A stretch of DNA of 64,000 bases, from positions 13,764,001 to 13,828,000 of the forward strand of contig CM022676.1 in NCBI GenBank assembly GCA_012295275.1. The letters run 5' to 3'. The notes beneath the pieces are model-generated. The model did not search any database. It had not been told where the DNA came from and saw only the letters and a program-made list of their open reading frames with translations. Within the stretch, counting starts at the first letter, position 1. Each line of letters starts with the position of its first letter. The translations under genes and the position numbers were made by a program. Shown piece by piece: positions 12,789 to 26,403 of this stretch. Origin of the DNA: Chrysomallon squamiferum. Its lineage: Eukaryota > Animalia > Mollusca.

Positions 12789-13539
12789 TACATATATGTA
12801 CGTGTGTATGTTAAAGGTTAAATTTGAAAAACAATTGAAGTTTAAAAAATCTAGCATGTGTATGTGAAAAAAACACTCATAAAGTCATATTATTTTAATA
12901 CATTTACTAAAAACTTTTAGCTATTTAGAATATATTGCAAGATATAATGATGATAAAAAATGGTAACAATAATAAAAAAATACAAAAAACTTAAATAGAT
13001 ATATCATCTTCATAGTTTTATAAATCTACAGATAATTAATTTGAGTCCACTGTATAATAACTGATTATTTTCAAAATTCTTTTTTTATTTATATTTTTTG
13101 TGATATATTGTCCAATTTGGAAAAAGCTAAAATAAATTAAAATTTAAACAACATATCCTTACTTACATAGAAACTTTAGCATGTGTCTCTTAAATATTAT
13201 ACATACATTTATTTTTTTTAAATTTAGGTTTAGTCATTTTAATTAATATTAATGTTCTTTTAGTAAAAATGTGCTTTTGCATTTTTTCTATTTTGATCAG
13301 TCAAGTAGGTATTGATCAAGATATCAAAATAGAAATCAATAAATATCATTGTAAATTAAACCCAGTTTGCTAAATACATCATTTGTGCAAAAAATCCACA
13401 TGTGAAGATTATTTGGAATCTTTATTGAAATAATTTTCAGACATGGATTTAATGTGTAGTCTGTACAAATGTTGCTATGGAATTTTAGTACTTTGTCAAA
13501 ACTGTAGAACATTATTAAAACAGGAAAATCCTGGAAACT

Positions 13540-13975
13540 ACTCATGGAGAGAGTGACAAACTTGTGTTTGCTACCACCAAGAACATGGAATACCTATGCA
13601 ATTCTGATGGCATTTTTGCTGTCAGCACCTTCAATACATCACCATGATTATTTGTATTTCTACAGATACTCGTCATAACAGTATTGCAACAAAGATGTTT
13701 TAGGAGTCCAGATCCAGGTATGCTTAACCCACTGGGACAAAGTTCAGTGGAGGAAGATTCAGCATGTTTCAATTTTCCAGTACAAAGATGTGCAACTAGC
13801 GTCAAGGCTGTCCCATTCATACACCAGGGACCAGGTTGGGGATATTCTTGCATATAGTTCCCAGGCAGTACCCATGTAATTTACTGTTGGGTTTGAAATG
13901 AACTCTCCCAAACAAGTAATTTGAACATCGTTCAAAGTACTTGTACCCTGAACATTTTCTGTACCATCCCTTCGT
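13540..13975 (+). pseudogene. Degraded Mutator (MULE) transposase fragment, copy 1
   Basis: DKLVFATTKNMEYLCNSDGIFAVSTFNTSP*LF (decayed DGTF region), GVQIQVCLTHWDKVQWRKIQ (CxxH then WRKIQ), AVPFI, NLN...LNIF. Confidence 0.7.
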
Positions 13976-14047
13976 TTAACTTACACCAGTTGCTCCGATT
14001 CCCACCATCCCTCTCACAAATGCTGGGGAGATCACTGTATGTATATA

Positions 14048-14114
<67 letters not shown>

Positions 14115-14133
14115 CTGTACATGTGTGTGTTTG

Positions 14134-14168
<35 letters not shown>

Positions 14169-14195
14169 CCGTACATGTGTGTGTTTGTACGTAAA

Positions 14196-14402
14196 TACTG
14201 TGCTGAATAAATTTAACAGCTGCTATATGAAATGTAGACTACACGATTGGATGTTGAATTTATTTGTACACATTATTTCATTAATCCAGCATTTCTGAAT
14301 ATAGCCAGCAGTAACCTGTTGTCACGGTGTGAACATCGTTACTTTAATGTCAACTGAGGAAATGGAGGGGTACATTTACCAAAATGGTGAGATACTCAAT
14401 AA

Positions 14403-14449
<47 letters not shown>

Positions 14450-15653
14450 ACTAGTGGCATTGATGAAAGCACTACATCGTTGTCTTATGCTTCTAACGAG
14501 AGCATTAATCCCAGGAACAGTAAATGTGTTCATAGCAATGGACATTAAGAACTTGAGAATGGTTTATGCATACCCTATAGCCCAGTAGGTCCCATGCATG
14601 CTCAGTTGGGAACAAGTCAGCAGATTTTGGTGGCCTGTTCAACACTTGGATGTGGATCCTCTCAGGAAGATTAGTGGTTAGCCTAGCAGTATGTCTAGAG
14701 TTGTCATGTTCAAACAGAAAGCCAGGATGCTGCTGCAGGAATGGAATGGCTACTGGTGTATTGATCACGTCACAGTAACATTGAGCAGTCATGTTCTCGT
14801 GAATGAAAACAAGATCTGCTTTACCTCTACTATGAATGCCGGCCTACACAATAACTTTACTGCCGCCATATCGGTCGTGCTGAATGACGTCTGCATCTCC
14901 CATTCACCTCCATACATGATGCAAACCATCTGCAAACAGAACACAAAACCTGGATTCCTCTGTGAATAATGTCTGATTCAGTGTTGGTTTATTCTGGCCC
15001 ATCTCAAACGTTCCTGAACGTGACGCGCTGTCAGGGGAACGGCTACAACAGGGCGACCTGCTTGTAATCCAGCAGCGTGGAGATGGCTACAGACAGTTTC
15101 AGCATGAATTCTAGTGCCTGTGGTTTGCTGCAAAGTATGAGCCAAACATGGAGCATTTTGAACTGTGACATAGATATGACATGACTGAATACCTGTCTTT
15201 CCTTGGAGTAGTTAATCGTGGTCTACCAGAACGAGGTTGATTTAGCATTTGCCCAGTTTAGTGTATGTGTTGTCGGAGTTGCGATGTGGTACTGTCATGA
15301 ACACGAAAGTACTGAGAGACATCGTGTCCATTTTGACCGGCATTAAGCCGTCCTATTGCTTCATGATTTGCCGTTAAGCCTGGACATTATAACAGGATAC
15401 ATTTTTCCTTTTGTTTTGGATAATGTTGGCTGAGTGCATACAAATGTGATTTCAGTGCATCTGTATTGCACACACTTCTGTGACAGCATGTGGACTAGGC
15501 ATAGCGGTGTGCGATATGACAAATGGTGTTCTTTTCATTAACGAAAGCGACAGGGCATTCACATCTAACATATTACCAACTTTTATAACTGCATTTTAAT
15601 TTATTTGGAAGCAACAGCATTTACATAAACTTGCTAAACTTTTTTGGTTAAGT

Positions 15654-15656
<3 letters not shown>
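14196..15656 (-). mobile_element. Degraded Tc1-family transposon, copy 1
   Basis: RSGRPRLTTPRKDRY, PLTARHVQERLRWA, FEHDNSRHTAR, PPKSADLFPTEHAWDLLG. TIR-like end aacttgctaaactttttttggttaagtata next to a TA run. Left end approximate. Confidence 0.85.
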
Positions 15657-15799
<143 letters not shown>

Positions 15800-17160
15800 C
15801 TGTTACAATTGCTATAATACAGCGATGCCATTATAATTATTTCATCTGTACTGTCTATATTACTTTTATTTATTTTGCAGGCAGACAAATACTAATGCAT
15901 AATGTGTATTACGAGGTAATCCCACAGTTGAGTTTTGTTTTAACTGAAATTTACAAAATTAACAGCCCCTGAAAAATATAATTATTAAAAATATCAAATA
16001 ATTGTGAAGGTCAAACAGATCTGATTCAAAAAAATTCTTGTCTTGTTTTTTTTTTTTTTTTTTTTTTCTTTTGGCTCAATTTGATTCATGATAAACCTCT
16101 GAAATGAAAATGCAATATATTTATGTCTTAAATAACTGATTGGTATAGATCTTGTGTGAAAATATTCTTTCCGATATTATTTTCAGCAGATAAGATAGAA
16201 GTATACATTATATAAGTTCATGAAACGAGGATGAAATTATATGTCGTCTTATAGATAATATAGAATAATCAAATATCTTTTACAAAAGCGACAAACACTT
16301 CAGTAAACTCTTCATTTTGTATCTATCTTATTCTCAATCATTTTAACAGGTGATTCAAATTTGATATTTGTGGCCAAAGTGGGCTGAACCACCAGTTTTC
16401 AGACCGACATATCTCAGTAAACAGCAGTCTGTTATCGTTGATGGAAAGGTTATTCCTTACCAAATCCAAATTTGTGATTACTTTTAGCATTGGAGGTCAA
16501 ATGTTCATAACCTTACTCTTCATAAGTAAGCTCTAGCTTCCTGTTTTACAGTTTCTGTCGCAACAGCAATTGTTTTTTTCTTTTAACTTTTATTTTTTTA
16601 CTAAAAAATAGACAGGGATTTCAGTTTTATTAGCTTTTCCTTTGCAAACAAGATATAAACTTGAATACGACTTTTCTGTTAAAGTTTGAAATGTACTTTC
16701 ATTGTTTGTGTCGATGTCATCCATCAGTTTCTTCTCAATATTCTTTTCATTAAGTTTAATTAGGTAGTCACAGCATACCTGGTCACATAATAGATTAGTT
16801 GTACAAGCAACTTTCTTTGTAAATATCCAAACTGACCAGTATTTTAAGACATCCACAATATTCTTCAATATTCTTCAACAGTGCATTATAAATATCTATC
16901 CTTTGTTTTAATGGTTTGGAACCACTATGTAGATTTTGAATTTTCTTTGTTTCTGTATTTATTGTTTTATTTTCATTTTCAAGTTCCTTTGCAAAAAGGT
17001 TTCTATAACAACTGGATCAGTTTGGTTTCTTCAGTTACTAATGGCGACGGTTTACTAGTTACATTCTGTTTCTCTCTTATATCAACATTGTTACAGAACA
17101 TTCAAGTCTAATAATTTTTAATAATAAAATATTACACATTTGGTGAACACTGTATATTGC

Positions 17161-17162
<2 letters not shown>

Positions 17163-17246
<84 letters not shown>
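17163..17246. repeat. (TC)n microsatellite
   Basis: Seen directly. Confidence 0.95.
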
Positions 17247-17250
<4 letters not shown>

Positions 17251-20200
17251 TTTTAAAATAACAAACTGAACATACAGAAAGGAGAACATTTTAATAACTT
17301 TAAAAATGATTTATATACAAATCATTAACAAATGTAACTATTTTAAACATAAAAGATTCACTTAAAAGAATAAAAGAAAAAAGTAAAAGCGTTATTGTCA
17401 GTGTTGAAATTCGAAACATTCCGTATGTGCATAATTAAGACGTTTACATGGAGCATGGATATTAAAGCATTTCACACATAGTTTCTATAATGTTATGAAA
17501 TGTACTCGCGCCCAGAATTAATCTCGAACAATAACTTTTTTTTTTTTTTTTTGTATGTTACAAATCGTTTTACAAAAAACAAAATCGTATAACAACAAGA
17601 AAAAAAACAAAATAAAAAATTATGTTTTTATCTTTATCTTACCGTTAGCTCTGGTTGATAACCGTCTCCAATTTTTTAGCAGAAATAATAATAATAAATA
17701 AATAGATAACTAACTAAATAAATAATAACCTTTGAAATTAATATATTGCATCATTGTATTATTTTAAAGATTAGTCTCATAATACAGATGAGTTTATTTT
17801 AGCCGTTTTAACGCGAATAGCGAAAACCTGGCATCTTAGTAAGGCACGCCATGCTGTACGAGTGCGTGAAAGAACATAAAATACAAGTTAGGCACACGTC
17901 AAAATTCAGAGTGTTTTAATGACATCTCCAAACGAAAATTTAACTTTGAACAGACTAAATTCAAACAGAGAAAAATTTCAATTAAAATAAATAAAGTAGA
18001 AATAACACCACAATTGAAATTTGAAACTGTTTAAATATGGAACAAAAAAAAGTACATTAAAGCACTTAACGTTTAACAATGAATTTCAATAATTTTATAA
18101 ATATTAAAACACTTTAATAACTGTAAGAATACTAACAACCAACGTCAACACTTTTCTTATAAAAATGTGTTCTTTCTGAAATGCTTTGAAATGTACTGAA
18201 AATATACCAGCATTCTAACTGATGAGTTACTTCTGATTTGTAATTCTAACAGGTATTTGGCACATGTATACTAATACACTGTTTAATTACAAATGATAAA
18301 AAGAAACACAGTTTTAAATTCTTTCCAATTATTCTAAAAGTAACTGTCAAAATGTTATAAGATCAGTCTTTCACACTAAATAAAATATTGTATTTAGTTG
18401 CAAATTAAATTCTAGAAATATACATATGTATTATATTTCATTTAGAAAAACTTAAAAACACTAGAATCATTTTAATACATATATAAATATACAAAGTAAG
18501 TTATAATACTAATAATACTAATACTAATAATAACAACAGTAACAATAGTAATAATAATAATAATAATGATAATATTGAGGATAAAACCCAAAGAAAGAAA
18601 CAAGAATATAATTTAGATTGCTGTCAGTATTTTATACATCTCATATCTCCGTGTTTATCTATCTCTGAGGAGTCTGTAGATCTACAGCAAACCAGTGATG
18701 ACTAAAGTGTTGATAAACCTGAAGAAAGATAAAATAAAGATAAAATGATAAACAAAGAATTATTAGACACACGGAAATAGATAAGCACAGACACAGACAA
18801 GAAAGGCATACAGACATAAAAAAAGACAACATATGTAGATAAACATCATTACATACACTGATACAGGCACATTTTTACATGTACATATAGATAATACATA
18901 TACACATACATACACAAGTACTTGAAGACAGTCCGACAGAAAAGTAGATATACAGAATCACAGAAACATACAGACTGAGCGATACTAGACATAGGTACAG
19001 ATGATACATGCAGATATACTGAGAGGAAAGCTGATAAAATTAATAATACAATAAAATAACTAATAAAAAGAAAATAGTTACAAGACTACTTACGTGATTA
19101 TTGCATAAATCATTGAAGAAAATGTGGAATCGCTTCCGCTTATTGGATCTAAAATAAATTAATAAATAAATAAATAAATAAATAAATAATCCTTTAATTA
19201 CTACCAAATATCTAGCAGCACACACATACTCATATCTTTCAATCACGTCTATCTCCAGAAGTGAAAGTCTTGTCCCAGTCAAGCACTTATATTCGTTGTT
19301 AATGGCCTTCAAAAATTCAAATGCTGACAACAGTGAAAACTTGTTTCTCAAAGTTTTTTTTCGGTCCTAGACTATTGATTTAATTGAAATTAGCCTCCGA
19401 AAACTCAAAGCAGAGAATAGTAAGTTGTTCTTTAAGCGGAATAAAATTAACTTGCTATAGGTCATCTGTCTATGTAAGGCGAAGGGCTTCTTTACATAAT
19501 ATATAATTGTATACAGTCCTCAAAGAACTGCCATAGTGAACCATTAACTCTTACTCATTAGTGTTTCTTTGTATTTACAAAGAAGTGTATTGTGGGAAAC
19601 ATGTTATTTGCAATTTAAATGTGATTTAAGAGAATTGTACGAATTATGCTTCTAAATATGAATACATACATACATTCATATATAGATAGATAGCTAGATA
19701 TACAGATATATGCTTATATATACAGACGTGTACATGTATGTTCATTAGAAGAAACTGCTGTAAATGTTTGAATTCTCTGAAAGTTAACCTATTTTATTGA
19801 TACTTTTCAGTTTTGAATTATCAAGGTGTATCTGTGTCTGTACATACATACACACAGTCGAAACTCGTCTAACAGTCAGCTGTTCAAAACCCCACCACAA
19901 ATTCACACAAAAGCATTTCCTTCTTTAAATGAGCTGTTCTGTGCAGTCACTGGTTTATAACCGCCAGCAGCCAATGTTTTTCACTGAAAATAATCAACTG
20001 AACCTACTATAATGGTCACCGTTTTTACATATTTTAATAGCTTTCCAATGGGGCTAAAAGCAGCCAGAGCCTGATGCTTGCAAAATATTTAACATGGTTT
20101 TCACTGTTGAGTGTTTAAAACCTCCTGTTTTAAAACATCCTGTTTTACATACAGGTTATGAATTCACAGAAAAACTCATGATCAAAGAAACAACAACACT

Positions 20201-21680
20201 CCGTTTATGAGCAAATCTTTATCTTTTTCTCCATGCAATTCATAAAGTTTTTGTCTGCTTGTAAGCCAAATTAATAGAGTTTAAAAAACACTGATTCTGC
20301 ACTGACTGGCTGAACTCTAACTGTCTACCACTAACCAGTTAAAGTGAATGCATATAACATTGGCTGGGACTTTTACTGAGACTAGGATGTCAACAATGAC
20401 CACTATGTTGGTATCATCCATGTCAGTGGTATCCATCATTTTCCCGAGTCAAACACCTTCGTTATGGCTGTCTTAAGTCTGTGTTTACTCAGATTCCATA
20501 AACTTGCATAATTTACGTTAATTTAATAATGAAATGTGTTGATTAGATGAGATCATATTATATTGTGAAAAGAATAATTTTCAAGCATTCTTGACCAGTT
20601 TTTAATAGTGGTTTTGCATATAAAGATTTCAGAGGGTTTTATTAAGAACAGTGGAAGGGGAACTGAGGTTACATGAATGATTAGCACAAGGTTAGGGCTA
20701 ACAATGTGATTATGTTACTTACTGCTTGATGGTGTTGTTTCTGTTGTTGTCGATTCTAATATAAACACATTAATATGAATAAAATAAATAATGTGTATGA
20801 ATTAAGCTTTAGTATGGTAAAAACAAGTGAAGTGGAGAAAAAACATTTTAAAAAAGAAAAACAAAAATATCCAATAGATAATAATATTAATAATAATATT
20901 ATTATTACTATAATATCAAAGGACAAGGTGATGCAAAAGGTGTAATCTGATTACTAAAACTAGACAATATCTAATTTACAAACTATAATTTCAGATAATA
21001 AATCAGAAATATAATCAGATCAAATGTAAATATTCTGTTCCGTCTCATTAAAACATCCATACAGGACATTCCACAACAAAACACACTGACAGCACAGGTC
21101 AACAATTGGTGATTTCTGGGTTCAAACCATACATACTCAACATATGTATTGGTGAAACTTTACATATATAAAAAACCAGGTATATAATAGTAATAGTGAT
21201 GCTCTGTTGAAGAAAAGAAAGAATGAAAGAAAAAATACATTTTTCACAATTTTAGTTAATATATATTAATCTGTCATGGAAGTTCTTACTGCAAACATTA
21301 TATTCAAAACTGTTAAAAAGTGTTTATAAAAGGTTTTACAGTATAATAAAACAGCATATTTGTATTTATGTCACTCTGTGTGCAATGTGTGAAAGACAGG
21401 CATCAAGCTGTAACTTTATTTATGTTAATAAGCATATTACTCAATGTGCAAGTAAAACAGTCAACATAGTATAAACTTCTTTTAAAAGCTTTTTTTTTTT
21501 TTTTTTTTTTTGCTATATCAGAATTAAAAGATAGAAATAAAGCTATTCCTTGATTAGTTAAGCAGAATCCACAAACAATCACTGGCATCTAGAAATTATC
21601 TGAAATAATGAAAAATGTAGCTAAGTATACTGAGCTGAAGCAAATAAAAAACAAATTAAATTTGGAACTGCTTCATTTGT

Positions 21681-22095
21681 TTATAATTTGATTTTCACAT
21701 CAATAGTAGTAATATGTTTTGTTTTCTGATGATCAACATTATTGTAATTCTGTCTGTTAGGATGTTGGCTCTCTGCTGTATTGTTGCTCACATCAGTTTT
21801 ATTCAGTAAATCAGTGACTGACTGTTGACAAACTTCAGATTTTGTGTGTTCTTTACAGACATCTTTACTGACTGGTTGATTTGCAGGTTTTACATTTGTC
21901 TGATTATATGAGTAAATCTTCAGAACTTCCATGGTTACCAGACATATTGTGTGAAGATTCATTAGCAATCCCATCTTTGACAGACTGTGAAATTTCTACA
22001 TCTTCAGTGTCATGTTTTTTGTCAGTGATCTCTTGAATGTTACAATTTTCTTCTGCTTTGATATCAACAGAAACCTCAGTTTTTAGTTTTATCAT
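21681..22095 (-). pseudogene. Frameshifted coding-like segment of an unidentified, probably disordered protein
   Basis: Two overlapping polar/charged ORFs (21904-22095, 21681-21974) that join with one frameshift near 21910. Confidence 0.35.
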
Positions 22096-22493
22096 TTTTC
22101 TTTGTAGTTTTTTGGTTTCTTAGTGATATCAGACAGCATGTTATGATTATGCAAAGACCTGTGACAGTGATAACTGTAATGAGGATAATACAAACTAAAT
22201 TACAGCCAGAACCTGATCCCAGGTTTGGAGTTGTTGTAGGAACATTTGTTTAATTTCTTTCTTTTGCTAAAAAGGAAAAATGTCATTCACTGGTCCTTCC
22301 ATTCCAATAAAAAAAATTAAAGTCTGGAAATAAAAAAATTTTTGACCCTATCAAAATGATCTATCATTTTCTATGTCAATAAAGTTATGTCTGTCACAAA
22401 TGAAAATATTTATTACCTGTCACTAAAAATATAAGCAAACTGATTTTTAACTGTTCATAATGAAAACATTCAGCAATACGTAACTGAACGAAG

Positions 22494-22693
22494 NNNNNNN
22501 NNNNNNNNNNNNNNNNNNNNNNNNNNNNNNNNNNNNNNNNNNNNNNNNNNNNNNNNNNNNNNNNNNNNNNNNNNNNNNNNNNNNNNNNNNNNNNNNNNNN
22601 NNNNNNNNNNNNNNNNNNNNNNNNNNNNNNNNNNNNNNNNNNNNNNNNNNNNNNNNNNNNNNNNNNNNNNNNNNNNNNNNNNNNNNNNNNNNN
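22494..22693. other. Assembly gap
   Basis: 200 N. Confidence 1.
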
Positions 22694-23116
22694 TTTTAAA
22701 TTCAGTCCAGTTGGCTTTCGTGTGAAGTTCCATTTGTGTTTGTTTATTGGTACCTCTTTCCAGTTATTTTCAGTGTTGTATGAGATGAGTATTGGTAGGT
22801 GATCGCTGTTGAGGTTGTTGAGGACTGTCCATTCACATTTAGAGGCTATTTTTTCAGACACTGTTGAGATATCAATGCATGACCAGGTGTTGTATATGTC
22901 TGATAGGAAGGTTGGCGTGCCATCGTTCAGACATATGTGTTTGTTAAGATCCATACATTTTTCGACGATGATTCCCTGTTTGCCTGTACTAGAGGAACCC
23001 CATAGGTGGTTTCTGCTGTTGAAGTCCCCTAGTATGATGGAGTTGTCGATATATTTAGCGGGAATGCTTTTAGTGTAGTGTTCGAGTGTTATGTTGCATT
23101 GATTTTTGCCTGGGTG
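22694..23116 (-). mobile_element. LINE ORF2 endonuclease fragment (duplicate of 5485-5906, cut by the gap)
   Basis: MDLNKHICLNDGTPTF...SDHLPI, same as copy 1. Confidence 0.92.
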
Positions 23117-24028
23117 GGCGTCCGTCGCAGAATGTTATTCACAATTCGTAACGCCTTTTATACATTTCCTCTAGGCGATGTTGCATAAGACTGCCTACCC
23201 CTTTTGACAATATGAACTTTCCCAATCTGCTTCCGGTGAATGCAAACTTTATGAAATGGGACACTAACAACAGAAAATGTGCTCGTAGTGTCAAGGTGAG
23301 GTTTTATTTTAAAATCTTCATAAAAGTAGTGAAATATTTGTATTATTTATTTATTTATTATTTTTGCTTTTATGATCAGCATATTTATAATTCAAATGTA
23401 TGATAAGATTTTGTTGTTTCCCTTTCAAGTTTCATAGCATATATTATATATGTCGTATATATATGTCTCGGCCAATATATATATAAATAAATATTAAAAA
23501 TAAGTAAATAAAAGTTTAAAAATTTCATAAAAAGATCGGAAATTTCCCTGTACGTTTGGAAACAATCACACCAGGGTTTTAAACTTTCGGAAACAACAAT
23601 ATTGCGTTCACTTCATTTTTTTTTTTTTTTAGTGATTTACACTAATAAACATTATAAAGGTATCAATGGCTGTTCATATTACAAAACCATAATGCAGAGC
23701 ACCTCTCCTAATATTTTTACCTTAAAGTTAATTTTTTCAAACTAATAAACTGAAATTATTTTTCTACAATATTAATGTATTAACTTTTCTAGTTGGCAAT
23801 GTTCTCCGTGTCAGAACCATCATAAGAGAAAATTCAGGCATACTTTGTACCCATTAAATTGGAGAAATACGGAGCTATTTATTGAACAGAGGCAATTTGT
23901 ATTGGTACGAGTTATCGTTCCTGTTGGTCCGTGCTATCTTTACTTTAGTAAACTGAGTTTATTTAATTTGTTATTTAATTTCAGTGACTATTACAATTTA
24001 CATTAACAATAATTAGCAACTACTTCAG

Positions 24029-24544
24029 GATTTGGTGTTTTGCACAAACACACACTTCAGTTATGATTTTTGCCAGTTTTCATCTTTGTACAAAACAGTA
24101 ACAGATTCTGGTTACAGGTTTTCTCTGAGTATCAGTAATTTTACTCAAGATGACACTGGAACGTACAAACTGACTGTCTGTAATGAAGTTGGATGTTCTC
24201 AGTTTTCTGTGAACCTAACTGAAGCAGGTCCACCTCTTCCTCCTAAAGAGTTCCAACAAGAAAGAGAATCAACATCAGACACAGTGTTCTTTTGTCATGG
24301 CTACCCAACTACCCAGGTGGTAATTTCAAACAAAGATTTATACTGCAGTACAAACCACAAAGTGGCTCTAACTGGATTACTTGGAAAAGTAAATGGTTTG
24401 ATGACTCAACACAAGGACAGAAAGTGTTTTATAACATCACCAGTCTCAAAGATAAAACAGTTTATGATGTGAGAATCTCAGCTGAAAACACGAGAACTTC
24501 AGATAATAGAAGTGATTATGTCACTATTCAAATAATTACAAAAG
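24029..24544 (+). CDS. Ig-FN3 exon, copy 2 (+2 T frameshift at ~24290)
   Basis: Same as 6826-7339 except gtgttcttttgtca vs gtgttcttgtca. Confidence 0.75.
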
Positions 24545-24811
24545 GTTAACTAGCATCGTCTATTAATATCATCAATTTCATTTCACTTTATTGATTTATT
24601 TTTTATTTTATTATTATTTATTTATTTATTTATTGATTAATTAATTTATATAATTTCTTTTTATTTTTGGTAAACTTTTCGGAGCATTCAAAAAAAGAAG
24701 GAAAAAAGTAAAATGTATGAAAATGTTTGAAGTTCTTGGATTCTTGGATGTGTATTCAGTGTAATATATGTATATATGAAGTATATAACTATAAACATTA
24801 ATAATTAAAAG

Positions 24812-25419
24812 GGGTCATTCCATGTCAAATCACCCCCCACCCAAAACAATTTAAATCCGACCGTCTCAGATAAATCTTGGTATACTTGTTGACTGTGATC
24901 CCACAGCACCAAATCAGAAATATTAGCCCAATCGGATCAGTGGTGTGGGAGATATGGCCAACTGAATTTTGTGTATTTTGGCAAAAATGGGCGTGACCAC
25001 CAACATTAGAACCCTCATATCTCAGGAACTACTGGGCCAATCTTCATAAAATTGTATTGTTGAAAAGGCAATATGATAAGGATTCCAAAGCTGCCATTCT
25101 TGTTCAGTTTGGAAAATACTGGAGTATATTCCTTTTGACCTTTGCTATGACCTTGAAATTGACCGTGTGGATCACGTGATATTGAGATGACCTTTATTGA
25201 AATTTAATCTCCCACATGTTAACTAAAACATATAAAAGTTTCCTGGGTGTAATATTTTTTGTTTAGCCACAATATAGATTTAAAAAATGCATATACATGA
25301 AAATAACACCTTTTCAGCCATTAACATCTGATTAACGAAAATCTGAATGATCAATTCTGGATGCTAGGAATCACCACAGTTGGGTTTAATCCACTGGGTG
25401 ATTTGACATGGAATGACCC
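24812..25419. mobile_element. MITE with 24 bp TIRs and AAAG TSD, copy 2
   Basis: Same TIRs and TSD as 7606-8214. Confidence 0.9.
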
Positions 25420-25473
25420 AAAGATAAAAAAAATAATAATTTAAAAACTACGCAATAAATAACAATGTTTTTG

Positions 25474-25619
25474 CCAATCCAAGACTGTCACCATAACCTT
25501 TGGGAGAAAAGCCAACAGTAAACACAATAAAATAGACCTACATTACAACAACACAAAAATCCCACAAGTAAACGCAGTCAAATTCCTGGGAGTCACCTTC
25601 GACAGGTGCCTTACCTTCA
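25474..25619 (+). mobile_element. 146 bp inverted LINE fragment, copy 2
   Basis: Same as 8269-8414. Confidence 0.9.
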
Positions 25620-25947
25620 GAATAAGGAGTGGAAAGCTGACTACTTCATATTTGGTATTCTAATGCTAACTGAATTTGTATATTTTATGATAGAATCTTT
25701 TGTTAGAAATTATTAATTTTCTGAAATTAAGAGATATTTCTTTCTTAATTTATTTCCCTTCTCAAGAGGTGAAGAAGCATTAAAAGTTTCATATTTTTTG
25801 TCATACTTTTATAATAAGCATCATTTTATTATATCTGTTTTTATTTACTACACATTTAAAAGAACAAAATGTTATTATGTATGTTATTTATCTATTACAG
25901 TTTTAGAAGAACAAAATGTTATTATGTATGTTATTTATCTATTACAG

Positions 25948-26091
25948 CTTCAGAAGAACAGAGTGGTTCTAGTCCTGTGCTTGGTGCAGCTGTAGGAGGA
26001 GCTGTTGGTTCTGTGACTGTCATTGTTGTCATAGTGATGCTGATTTTGTTACTTAGAAGAGGAATATTACCTGGATTGTCCACTAAAAAAT
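25948..26091 (+). CDS. Transmembrane exon, copy 2 (intact)
   Basis: GAAVGGAVGSVTVIVVIVMLILLL followed by RR stop-transfer. 144 nt, phase 1-1. Confidence 0.8.
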
Positions 26092-26403
26092 GTAATTTTT
26101 CAGCTTGTAAGAAATATATTTATTGAAAACAGGAAAAATTTAAAAAGTGTATGTATTTATTATATTTATTGTTAGTGACTTGAATAATCAAATAAACAAA
26201 GGGATGACTTTGAAGTTTATTGTGAATTTCTTTTATTAATTTGACATCACTGACTTGTGACTAGCCCTTTGTTATCATATGGTTTATATTGTGCATCATA
26301 TTAGTACAGCTTATGTAGTTGCATAGGATTCATTCTTTCAAATAGTTCATGCCATTCAAATTTAAGTATGTTAAGAAAAATAATGTTTCAGAATAATTAT
26401 GTC

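Noticed and set aside
13542-13853. 103 aa minus-strand ORF as a host gene
   Set aside because: Better explained as the antisense of a MULE relic.
19855-20650. Possible pogo-like element starting cagtcgaaactcgtctaac
   Set aside because: No matching right TIR or transposase motif found.
22394-22954. ORFs running through N gaps (also 42111-42416)
   Set aside because: Artefacts of N translation.
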